Source of the DNA: Nitrospirota bacterium
GTDB taxonomy: Bacteria; Nitrospirota; UBA9217
Assembly (NCBI GenBank): GCA_963840455.1
Contig: CAWIYV010000009.1
Coordinates: 256,001-320,000, forward strand
DNA length: 64,000 bases
Reading direction: 5' to 3'
Positions within the stretch are counted from its first letter, which is position 1; each line of letters starts with the position of its first letter. The position numbers and the translations under genes were made by a program. A model generated the notes under the pieces. It searched no databases. It worked only from the letters and a program-made list of their open reading frames with translations, and was not told the DNA's origin. Below, piece after piece: positions 40,587 to 51,000 of the stretch.

Positions 40587-41405
40587 ATGAGCAGGATCGA
40601 GAACGCATTGGAAAAGGTCGCCCAGTTGAACGCAGGGGCGGACGAGGCTGCCCGGCAGGCGGAGACGGCCGATCCGGCGGCATGGGCGCCCACCCTGGTG
40701 CCGAAGAGCCCCTACATCATAACGCTCACGGAGCCCGACTCGCCCGCCGCCGAGGAATACCGGAAGCTGAAGGCCATGGTCGTCAAGCTCACCGCGCACG
40801 ATGTGGCGAGGAACGTCATCATGATCACCAGCTGTACCAGCGGGGAAGGGAAGAGCATCACCTCGATCAACCTTGCCATCAGCCTTGCGCAGGAGGTGAG
40901 CTACAGCGCGCTGCTGATCGATGCCGATCTTCGCCGGCCGAGCCTTACGGAATATCTTGGCATCTCCGCCGAGCGGGGGCTCTCCGACTGCCTCAATGAC
41001 GGAACACCGGCCGCGTCGGCGGTCATCAAGACGGGCATTCCCAAGCTCGAGATCCTGCCGGCGGGCAAAAGCATCCGGAACCCCGTTGAGCTCCTTTCGT
41101 CACCGAAGATGAAGATGCTTGTCAACGAACTGAAGCGGCAGCATGCCAATCGGTACATCATCATCGACACGCCCCCGATCCTGCCCTTTGCAGAGACGCA
41201 GATCATCAGCATGCTTGTCGACAGCGTTCTGCTCGTGGTCAAGGAGGGGGCGGCCACGGGGCAGGATATGCAGGATTCCCTCGATCTCCTGAAGGGAACG
41301 CGGGTGCTGGGGATCGCATTCAATGATGTGAGCGCGCCGGCGGCGAACAACCGGTACCGCAATTATTACCATTACTACGCTGCACGCGGGCAGCGGAAGG
41401 CGTGA
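40587..41405 (+). CDS. Tyrosine autokinase (BY-kinase), XrtA-system type
   Basis: MSRIENALEK; GEGKS; LIDADLRRPS; IIDTPP; Tyr-rich tail YRNYYHYY. Confidence 0.92.
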   Translation: MSRIENALEKVAQLNAGADEAARQAETADPAAWAPTLVPKSPYIITLTEPDSPAAEEYRKLKAMVVKLTAHDVARNVIMITSCTSGEGKSITSINLAISLAQEVSYSALLIDADLRRPSLTEYLGISAERGLSDCLNDGTPAASAVIKTGIPKLEILPAGKSIRNPVELLSSPKMKMLVNELKRQHANRYIIIDTPPILPFAETQIISMLVDSVLLVVKEGAATGQDMQDSLDLLKGTRVLGIAFNDVSAPAANNRYRNYYHYYAARGQRKA

Positions 41406-41411
41406 ACGACC

Positions 41412-42692
41412 ATGTACTTATCCTACTTCCGGCTGAGAGAGAAGCCCTTCGATATCGTGCCGAATCCGGCCTATCTGTACCTGAGCAAGACGCACAAGAA
41501 GGCGATGACGTATATGCGCTACGGCCTGCAGGAGCGGCTCGGCTTCGTCCTGATGACCGGCGAGGTGGGTTCGGGAAAAACGATGCTGGTCCGGGAACTG
41601 ATCAGAACGCTGAGCCCGGAGATCACCTTTGCGCGGGTATTCAATACGCGAGTGAGCTCCGAGGAGCTCATTGCGATGATCAACGAGGACTTCGGTCTGG
41701 ACACCGCCGGCAGAAACAAGGTCCTGATGCTGAAGGACCTCTATGCACACCTGATACAGGAATATACGGAAGGACGCCGGCCGTTGCTCATCATCGATGA
41801 AGCACAGAACCTCTCCCTGGACCTGCTGGAAGAGGTCCGCATGCTTTCGAACCTCGAGACGAACGATGCGAAGCTGCTGCAGATCCTGCTCGTCGGACAG
41901 ACCGAGCTGGACCGCGTCCTGTCCCTGGACGAGATGCGGCAGTTCCGGCAGCGTATCAGCATCGCCTGCCGCATCGATAACCTGACTCGCGCAGAGGTCG
42001 AGGAATATATCCTGCACCGGCTTGCGGTCGCAGGAAACCGCGATGCCCTGACCTTCGGCGGCGAAGCCTTCAATGCTGTTCATGAAGTGACCAGCGGGGT
42101 GCCCCGCCAGATCAACACGTTGTGCAATTTCCTCCTGCTCACCGCCTTCACGGAGGGCACGCGGGATGTGTCTGCGGAGATGGTCCGTGATATTGCCGCG
42201 GGCCTCAGTCTGACAAAGTACGCCGATCCGAACGGCAGCAAAGGAAAACAGCAGGAAACGGTCCGGATGGCACCCGGCAACGGCTCCCTGGACGGAAAAC
42301 GAGCGCTTCTGCGGGCGCTCGGCGTCATGCTCCGGGACCACGAAGGCAGTGCGAAGAGCGTCGCCCCCGCGGAAGAGGCAGACGATGCGAACGAATATCC
42401 GGTCACGGTCAGAAGCATCGGCCTCCGCCTGCTTGCCATGGAGAAGGAACTGGCGCGTGTCGAGGAGGAATGCGCAAACGCGCTCAGACAGCGGATCGAT
42501 GCCCTCGAAACACAGGTCATGAGGCCGTCGCCCGGACAACGGCCGGTTCAGCAGGACATTACGACGGTCACCCCGGCGGGGCCATACTGCGACCTGCCCG
42601 GTCTAAAAGATCCGCGAAACGCAGTCTCCGGGCAGCATCCGAAGCCGGGCGGGGGCGGCGACGGCGGAAAGACCGGACGCATCGCTACGTAA
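41412..42692 (+). CDS. ExeA-like AAA ATPase, XrtA/PEP-CTERM-associated type
   Basis: MYLSYFRLREKPF..P; TGEVGSGKT; IIDEAQNL; LVGQTEL; GVPRQIN. Confidence 0.9.
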   Translation: MYLSYFRLREKPFDIVPNPAYLYLSKTHKKAMTYMRYGLQERLGFVLMTGEVGSGKTMLVRELIRTLSPEITFARVFNTRVSSEELIAMINEDFGLDTAGRNKVLMLKDLYAHLIQEYTEGRRPLLIIDEAQNLSLDLLEEVRMLSNLETNDAKLLQILLVGQTELDRVLSLDEMRQFRQRISIACRIDNLTRAEVEEYILHRLAVAGNRDALTFGGEAFNAVHEVTSGVPRQINTLCNFLLLTAFTEGTRDVSAEMVRDIAAGLSLTKYADPNGSKGKQQETVRMAPGNGSLDGKRALLRALGVMLRDHEGSAKSVAPAEEADDANEYPVTVRSIGLRLLAMEKELARVEEECANALRQRIDALETQVMRPSPGQRPVQQDITTVTPAGPYCDLPGLKDPRNAVSGQHPKPGGGGDGGKTGRIAT

Positions 42693-42704
42693 AGGAGCAG
42701 GACG

Positions 42705-43214
42705 ATGTCAGAACCGACCCCGAACTGGTATGCGCTGTTCGTCCGTTCGCGCCACGAGTTCGTGACCTCGGAACAGCTCAAGAAGCGGGGGATCGAAGTG
42801 TTCCTTCCCTCGGTCACCCGGAAGAGGCGGTGGAGCGACCGGAAAAAGGCAATTGTCTGCCCGCTCTTTCCCGGTTACCTCTTTATCTATACCGAGCCGA
42901 GCGCGGAGACCTTCCTGAACATATTACAAACGCGCGGGTCGGTCTCTTTTGTCGGCCAGGAGCCGGGTCGACCATCGCCGGTCGATCCAGGAGAAATGGA
43001 GACGCTCCGGATGATGCTTGCAGGCTGTGACGAACTCGACACCTACCCGCATCTCAATGAAGGGGCACCGGTGCTCGTCAAGCAGGGACCGCTGAAAGGC
43101 GCGAAAGGGATCCTGGCAAAAAAAGAGGATCATCACTTATTTTTGGTAAATATCGAGATCCTCGGCAGGAGCGTAGGCACGAAAGTAAGTGCAGAGGACC
43201 TTGAACTCATTTGA
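42705..43214 (+). CDS. NusG-paralogue transcription antiterminator (UpxY/RfaH/LoaP-like)
   Basis: WYALFVRSRHE; RRWSDRKK..PLFPGYLF; KOW-like VKQGPLKGAKG. Confidence 0.9.
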   Translation: MSEPTPNWYALFVRSRHEFVTSEQLKKRGIEVFLPSVTRKRRWSDRKKAIVCPLFPGYLFIYTEPSAETFLNILQTRGSVSFVGQEPGRPSPVDPGEMETLRMMLAGCDELDTYPHLNEGAPVLVKQGPLKGAKGILAKKEDHHLFLVNIEILGRSVGTKVSAEDLELI

Positions 43215-43268
43215 CGGTCCGCGGGATCGTTGCTCGGCAGACGCTCTGGTCCCTTGATGCGCTGCGGT

Positions 43269-43385
43269 ATTGAAGCTCCCTGCAGCAAGCTGCAGGGAAT
43301 CTTCGATCCTCAAGGTAGTACTATTTATTCTCATCGCTCGCTAACCCCGCAGCAAGCTACGGGGAATGCGCTTGCTCCTGGATTC
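43269..43385 (+). repeat. 117-bp REP/MITE-like element, copy A
   Basis: Two internal hairpins CCCTGCAGCAAGCTGCAGGG and CCCCGCAGCAAGCTACGGGG; inverted copy at 44920-45036. Confidence 0.85.
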
Positions 43386-43607
43386 TTCGGTGTTGCAGCG
43401 GATGCATAGTGAAGCGATTTGGTTGTTCATCGAAAGAGAAACGCACATCAACCCTCGGCGCCATGGTTGTGACTGAGAGGGCGGAGCTGTATCTGGCAAA
43501 AACGCCAGGGCAATGAGAAGAGGTCAGTCGGGCGCGGCAAACATTCCCTGATATCACGGCTTCGATCGACTATGATCCCAATCTTCGCTGCATCATCGTG
43601 ATCACTA

Positions 43608-44921
43608 TTGCACCGAGTAACTCTCTTCATTATCGTCGCCTTGGTCATTGCTGCTGTTCCGGCAGGGTCACAGGCATCGGAGTTCAAGATCACTCCTTCC
43701 ATCACGCTCAGCGAGGAGTATAACGACAATATTTTCCTCTACCCCAAGAAGCAGGTTACCGACTATGTCACGCATATCATTCCAGGCATCCGCGTTCTCT
43801 ACCTGGCGCCTTACTGGGACTGGGACATCAAATACACTTACGAACACCGCTATTACTATAAAGGATCGATCACGGGTGATAATCCCCGGGATCTAGACCT
43901 GACCGGCAATATGAGGCTCATTAAGGAGTTCCTCTTTTTCGATGTGAAGGACAGATACAATCGGACATCGCTGTCTCCCGTGCGTGACTATACGCAGGTA
44001 AGTCCCACGGTGAACCAGACCGATCAGAACATCCTCACGCTGAATCCCTACGTGGTGCTCCATCCGACCACGCGTACCGAGCTCAAACCAGGATACCAAT
44101 ACCGTACTGTCTGGTATCAAGATCCGATCGCCATCGACAAAATAGTGTATACCGCCTATCTCGATATCAAGCAGGAGCTCTCACAGCGTCTCAGCCTGAC
44201 GGGGACGATCCGCCGCGAGGCGACTGACACCAATAATGTCGACTTCACCCAGAACCTCTTTCTGATAGGACCGCGATATGAATATCAGGACACGTCGGTC
44301 GCGTGGCTCAGGGTAGGGGTGAGCAAGTTCACACCCTATGCCGTGGACCAGCAGCCGCGGCCTATCTGGGACGCCGGCGTCATACACAAACTGCCGACCA
44401 TTACGATCAGTTATGAGACCGCAAGGACCTGGATCGATGACCCTATCTTTATTCTCCGAAGGGAAGACAAGTATATAGCGGGTATCCGTAAGGGCTCAAC
44501 CATCTATGCAGAGGAGGACCCCGCTGGCCAGCACCCAGCAGGCAATTTGCTCACGACGGCTCCCGTCGTCAGCGATGTCGGGCGAACGTCGATCGGTGGC
44601 ACGTTTGGATACCGGGAGTATGGAACCGGTAACTACGTGGATGAACGACGATACACCACGACGGCATTTTTCAGCCATTTCCTGGGGGAAAAGGTGCAGG
44701 GAACGTATGCGTTGAACATCGATGCGTATTACCGGTTCCCTGAACGGGCAGGCAATACCACAACGATCGTATATGTGACCGACGTGCGATTCGATTATCA
44801 TGCGCAGGAAACCCTTACCTATTGGACCAGCTATCAGTACACGGACAGCTATTCACCGGATATCTATATCGACAATTATAATGTCAACCGCGTGTTCATA
44901 GGGGTGACCGCGAGTTTCTGA
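43608..44921 (+). CDS. Outer-membrane beta-barrel protein of EPS/PEP-CTERM systems
   Basis: Signal ..SQA; FKITPSITLSEEYNDNIF; Tyr-rich amphipathic strands; C-terminal NRVFIGVTASF. Confidence 0.82.
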   Translation: MHRVTLFIIVALVIAAVPAGSQASEFKITPSITLSEEYNDNIFLYPKKQVTDYVTHIIPGIRVLYLAPYWDWDIKYTYEHRYYYKGSITGDNPRDLDLTGNMRLIKEFLFFDVKDRYNRTSLSPVRDYTQVSPTVNQTDQNILTLNPYVVLHPTTRTELKPGYQYRTVWYQDPIAIDKIVYTAYLDIKQELSQRLSLTGTIRREATDTNNVDFTQNLFLIGPRYEYQDTSVAWLRVGVSKFTPYAVDQQPRPIWDAGVIHKLPTITISYETARTWIDDPIFILRREDKYIAGIRKGSTIYAEEDPAGQHPAGNLLTTAPVVSDVGRTSIGGTFGYREYGTGNYVDERRYTTTAFFSHFLGEKVQGTYALNIDAYYRFPERAGNTTTIVYVTDVRFDYHAQETLTYWTSYQYTDSYSPDIYIDNYNVNRVFIGVTASF

Positions 44922-45036
44922 ATCCAGGAGCGAGCGCATTCCCCTTAGCTTGCCGCGGGGTTAGCGAGCGATTAGAACAAAGAGTACTACCGTGAGGATC
45001 GAAGATTCCCTGCAGCTTGCTGCAGGGAGCTTCAAT
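44920..45036 (-). repeat. 117-bp REP/MITE-like element, copy B (inverted)
   Basis: Reverse complement of 43269-43385 with few mismatches; overlaps the barrel stop codon. Confidence 0.85.
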
Positions 45037-45076
45037 CGGGCGGAAGCAGGTCGTCCAGCCCTGCTCCGAGGAAGAA

Positions 45077-48000
45077 ATGATGACACGACACAATACTACA
45101 ATGAGGAAAGCAGCCGTCATCGCAATGCTTGTCATGAGCATGGCGCCGTTCCTGACCACCTGCGGCAGGGGGGCGCCTCCGCCCAAGGAGGACTTTATTC
45201 CGCCGACCGTGCTTGCCACGACGCCGCAAGACGGGTTCATGGAATTCCCGGTCGGCGACGCTGTCAAAATAACGTTCAGTGAAGAGATGGACCCTGCAAC
45301 CATCAACGCGCAAACGATCGTTCTTACGTCAAGCACGGGTACGGGGCCGGTCAGCGGATCGGTCCTGTACGGGAATGCCACTGCTGTCTTTCAGGCGGCG
45401 CAACCTCTGGAGGAAGGCACGCTCCATACGGTTACGATCAGTGCCAAGGTGGCCGATAAGTCCGGGAATTTCATGGGCCGTGATTATAGTTTCTCGTTTG
45501 TCACGCAATTGTACCCGAGCGTGCTGTCCACAGTCCCCGGGGATAGTGGCGTCAATGTACCCGTGAACCAGAACTTCAGCATAACGTTCAGCAAGCAGAT
45601 AAATCCGTTGACCCTGAACTTTTCTCTCGTCAGTGATCGAACTGGCACCATACCGCTTAATTCTCCTACGACGTCGGACAGCAGGAATTTCCTGATCATT
45701 CCTAATGTACCACCGCGGAACTGGCTGGACCCTGATACCCGTTACACGGCCAAGGTGAGCGCCGGGGTGGAGGATTATAAATACCCCGTTCCGAATATTA
45801 TGCAACAAGATTATATCTGGTCATTTACAACGGGATCGGCGCCGGATTCGACCCCGCCACAAGTACACGTCACGGACCCTGATAACGGCGCCGTGGAAGT
45901 GTCGGTGACGCCCATGATACAGGTCGTGTTCAGTGAAGCGCTGAGCACTTCTTCGACGCCGACTCTTAAGCTCTTCTCCGCCGGCACGAATACCATTCTG
46001 TGCTCAAGGGTAACTTCCACCGATACAAAGTACTTCGATTATTTAGTCCAACCGGCAGTTCCCCAACTGAATTACTTCAAGCAGTACACGGCTACGGTGA
46101 GCAGCGCAGGGATAATGGACACGTCGGGAAATCCCATGACGGGGGATTATTCGTGGACCTTTACGACCGTCAGGGCGTCCACGACGACATCGATCAGCGT
46201 GCCTGACCCGGTGCCGTTCGGCAACGTCAACGTGACGGTGACCGTATTGTCATCAGCGGGAACGCCGACTCCTACAGGAAATGTGACGTTGAGCACCGCT
46301 CCTTCGCCGACCGTGTCGCTGACACAGCCGCTGAACAGCAGCGGAGTCGCGGTCTTCACTATTACGAATCCAAGCGTAAGCGTATACCATACCTTGAACG
46401 CAACGTACAGCCAACAGGGCATCTTCAGCGCGAGCGCGGCCGCCAGTGGCTTCAGCGTTGGCGCAGCAGGATCGACAACGGCTGTCGCGTCCAGCAGTCC
46501 GACGTCTACCTTCAACAATTCCGTGACCTTCACAGCAACCGTCACCCCGCCGGCGGCGACCGGTAGTGTGACATTCTATGACAACGGAATATGGCTTGGC
46601 TCCGATGACACCCTGTTCAACGGAACAGCCGTATACAGCACAGCGACGCTTACAACGGGAATTCACGCAATAACCGCGAGATACAACGGTGACGGGAACT
46701 ACGGGCCATCGACTTCTCCTGCCATCACCCAGACCGTGAACCGGGCGGCGACAACGACGGTCGTCACGTCAAGTCCCAACCCCTCGGAGTTCAATGCTGC
46801 CACGACCTTCACGGCAACGATAACTTCGACGGAGACCGGGACCGTGACGTTCAAGGACGGAGCAACGGTCCTCGGCACCGGCATCATGTCGGGCAGCCAG
46901 GCCGTGTTCAGCACCTCGGTGCTTTCTGTCGGCACCCATACGATAACGGCAACCTACGGCGGCAGCGCGAACTACGCAGGCTCGACATCGGCAAACTACA
47001 TTCATACGGTGAGCAAGATACAGACGACGACGTCGATCAATGTGCCGGCGAACAATCCCTACAGCAACGTTACCGTGACCGTAAACGTAATGTCGTCATT
47101 TGGAACACCGACCACAGGAAATATGACGCTGAGCACCGCGCCTTTTCCGACCATGTCACAGACGCTGCCGCTGAACATCAGCGGGTCCGCGGTCTTCACT
47201 ATTCCTACTCCGAGCGTGAACATCTACCATACTTTGAACGCCACGTACGTGCCGCTGGCAAGCAGCGTGTACGCGGGGAGCAATGGATCAGGCGGCTTCA
47301 GCGTCGGCGCAGCAGGATCTACAACGGCTGTCACGTCCAGCAGTCCGACATCGACCTTTGGCGCTTCCGTGACCTTCACAGCAACGGTCACGCCTACGGC
47401 TGCGACCGGGACCGTGACATTCTATGACAGCGGCAGTACATGGCTCGGCACCGGCGCCTTGGCCGCTGGAACAGCCACGTTCAGCACATCGGCGCTTGTC
47501 GCCGGATCTCATACCATAACCGCGGTGTACCAAGGTGATGGGAACTACGCAGGATCGACATCACCAGGCATCATCCAGACCGTGAACCCGACAGCGACGA
47601 CGACGGCCGTCACGTCAAGCAGTCCGACATCGACCTTTGGCGCTCCCGTGACCTTCACAGCGGCGGTCACGCCTACGGCTGCGACCGGGACCGTGACATT
47701 CAGTGACGGTGCGACAGTTCTCGGCACCGGCAGCCTGTCAGGCGGCATTGCCACGTTCAGCACTGCGGCGCTGGCTGTTGGCCCCCACTCGATAACGGCA
47801 GCCTACGGCGGCATCGCGAATTACGCAGCATCGACATCGGCAGCCATCACCCAGGCCGTCGGTCTGGCGCCAACGCAGACGTTCGTCACGTCCAATCCCA
47901 ACCCGTCGATCTTCGGCGATTCGGTGATCTTCACGGCGACGGTCAGTGAGACGGTCAGTGCAGCGACGGCGACCGGGACCGTGACGTTCAGGGACGGTGC

Positions 48001-51000
48001 GACGGTCCTCGGCACAAGCACTTTGTCTGGCAGCTCTGCCACGTTCAGCACTGCGGCGCTGGCTGTTGGACCCCACTCGATAACGGCAGCCTACGGCGGG
48101 AACGCGAACTTCGGCGCATCGACATCGTCTCCAATTACCCAGTACGTGTCGAATGCCGCGACGACGACGGTCGTCACGTCCAATCTCAACCCGTCAACGT
48201 ATGGCGTTTCCGTGACCTTGACGTCGACGGTAACACCATCGACGGCGACCGGGACCGTGACGTTCAGTGACGGTGCGACGGTCCTCGGCACCGGCAGCCT
48301 GTCGGGCGGCATTGCCACGTTCAGCACTGCGGCGCTTGCCGGCGGACCCCACTCGATTACGGCGGTTTACGGCGGGAACGCGAACTTTGCGGCATCGACA
48401 TCGGCTCCCATCACCCAGACGGTGAACCCGGCGGCGACGACGACGGTCGTCACATCCAATTCCAACCCGTCGGCCTTCGGCGCTCCGGTGATCTTCACGG
48501 CCACGGTCAGTGCCCCGACGGCGACCGGGACCGTGACGTTCAGTGACGGTGGCGTGGTCCTCGGCACCGGCAGCCTGTCGGGCGGCATTGCAACGTTCAG
48601 CACTGCGGCGCTTGCCGGCGGACCCCACTCGATTACGGCGGCCTACGGCGGGAACGCGAACTTCGGGGCATCGACATCGGCTCCCATTACCCAGAACGTG
48701 AACCTGGCCGCGACAACGACGGTCGTCACATCCAATCTCAACCCGTCGGCCTTCGGCGCTTCCGTGATCTTCACGGCCACGGTCAGTGCCCCGACGGCGA
48801 CCGGGACCGTGACGTTCAGTGACGGTGCGACGGTCCTCGGCACCGGCAGCCTGTCGGGCGGCACTGCCACATTCAGCACTGCCACGCTTGCTTTCGGTGC
48901 CCACTCGATAACGGCGGCCTACGGCGGGAACGCGAACTTCGCTGCATCGACATCAGCTCCCATTACCCAGAACGTGAACCTGGCCGCGACAACGACGGTC
49001 GTCACGTCCAGTCTCAACCCGTCGACGTACGGCGCTTCGGTGATCTTCACGGCGACGGTCAGTGCCCCGACGGCGACCGGGACCGTGACGTTCAGTGACG
49101 GTGCGACGGTCCTCGGCACGGGCAGTCTGTCGGGCGGCACTGCCACGTTCAGCACTGCGGCGCTTGCCGGCGGACCCCACTCGATAACAGCTGCCTACGG
49201 CGGGAACGCGAACTTCGGCGCATCGACATCGGCTCCCATCACCCAGACGGTGAATCCGGCGGCAACGACGACGGTCGTCACGTCCAATCTCAACCCGTCG
49301 ACGTACGGCGCTGCGGTGATCTTCATGGCGACGGTCAGTGCCCCGACGGCGACCGGGACCGTGACGTTCAGTGACGGTGCGACGGTCCTCGGCACCGGCA
49401 GCCTGTCGGGCGGCACTGCAACGTTCAGCACCGCGGCGCTTGCCGGCGGACCCCACTCGATAACAGCGGCCTACGGCGGGAGCGCGAACTTCGGCGCATC
49501 GACATCGCCTTCCATCACCCAAACCGTGAACCCGGCGGCGACGACGACGGTCGTCACATCCAATTCCAACCCGTCGGCCTTCGGCGCTTCCGTGACCTTC
49601 ACGGCCACGGTCAGCGCCTCGACGGCGACCGGGACCGTGACGTTCAGGGACGGTGCGACGGTCCTCGGCACCGGCAATCTGTCGGGCGGCACTGCCACGT
49701 TCAGCACTGCGGCGCTTGCTGTTGGCCCCCACGTGATAACGGCTGCCTACGGCGGGAACGCGAATTTCGCTGCATCGACATCAGCTGACATCACGCAGAA
49801 CGTGTCGAATGCCGCGACGACGACGGTTGTCACGTCCAATCCCAACCCGTCGACGTACGGCGCTTCCGTGGTCTTCACGGCCACAGTCACACCATCGACG
49901 GCGACCGGGACCGTGACATTCAGGGACGGTGCTACCGACATCGGAATCGGCACCCTGTCAGGAGGCACGGCAACCTTTGCTACTGCGAGTCTTGGCGGGG
50001 GGGTCCACTCGATAAGGGCGGTCTATAGTGGCGATACAAGTTACATAGCATCAACATCATCGCCTCTTGCGCAGGAAGTTGATCCGGCCGCGACGACGAC
50101 GGTCGTCACGTCCAGTCTCAACCCATCGACGTACGGCGCTTCCGTGACCTTGACGTCGACGGTCACACCATCGACGGCGACCGGGACCGTGACGTTCAAG
50201 GACGGAGCGACGGTCCTCGGCACCGGCAGCCTGTCGGGCGGCACTGCCACGTTCAGCACTGCGGCGCTTGCTGTTGGCCCGCACTCCATAACTGCGGCCT
50301 ACGGCGGCAGCGCGAACTTCACGACATCGACATCTGCTCCCATCACCCAGACCGTGAACCCGGCGACAACGACGACAGTCGTCACGTCCAATTCCAACCC
50401 GTCGACGTACGGCGCTTCTGTGACCTTCACGGCCACGGTCACCCCGTCGACGGCGACCGGGACCGTGACGTTCAATGACGGTGCGGCGGTCCTCGGAACC
50501 GGCAGCCTGTCGGCTGGCATTGCCACGTTCAGCACTGCGGCGCTTGCCGGCGGAGCCCATTCGATAACGGCAGCCTACGGCGGGAGCACGAACTTCACGA
50601 CATCGACATCAGCTGCCATCACCCAGACCGTGAACCCTGCGGTGACGACGACGGTCGTCGCGTCCAATCTCAACCCGTCTGCCTCCGGCGCTTCCGTGAC
50701 CTTCACGGCCACGGTCAGTGCTCCCGCGGCGACCGGATCCCTGACGTTCTATGTCGATGCGACGGTCCTCGGCACCGGCAGCCTGTCGGGCGGTCAGGCA
50801 AGCTTAACAACATCGCTCCTTCCTGTTGGTCCACACTCAATAACAGCGGCCTACGGCGGGAACGCGAACTTCGCGCCTTCGACATCAACACCAATCACCC
50901 AGAACGTGAACCCAGTGGTGACGCCGTCGGCCGGCACGAACGGGGCCATCAGCCCAAACACCCCGCAGACGGTGAATCACGGCAGCACGACGGTCTTCAC

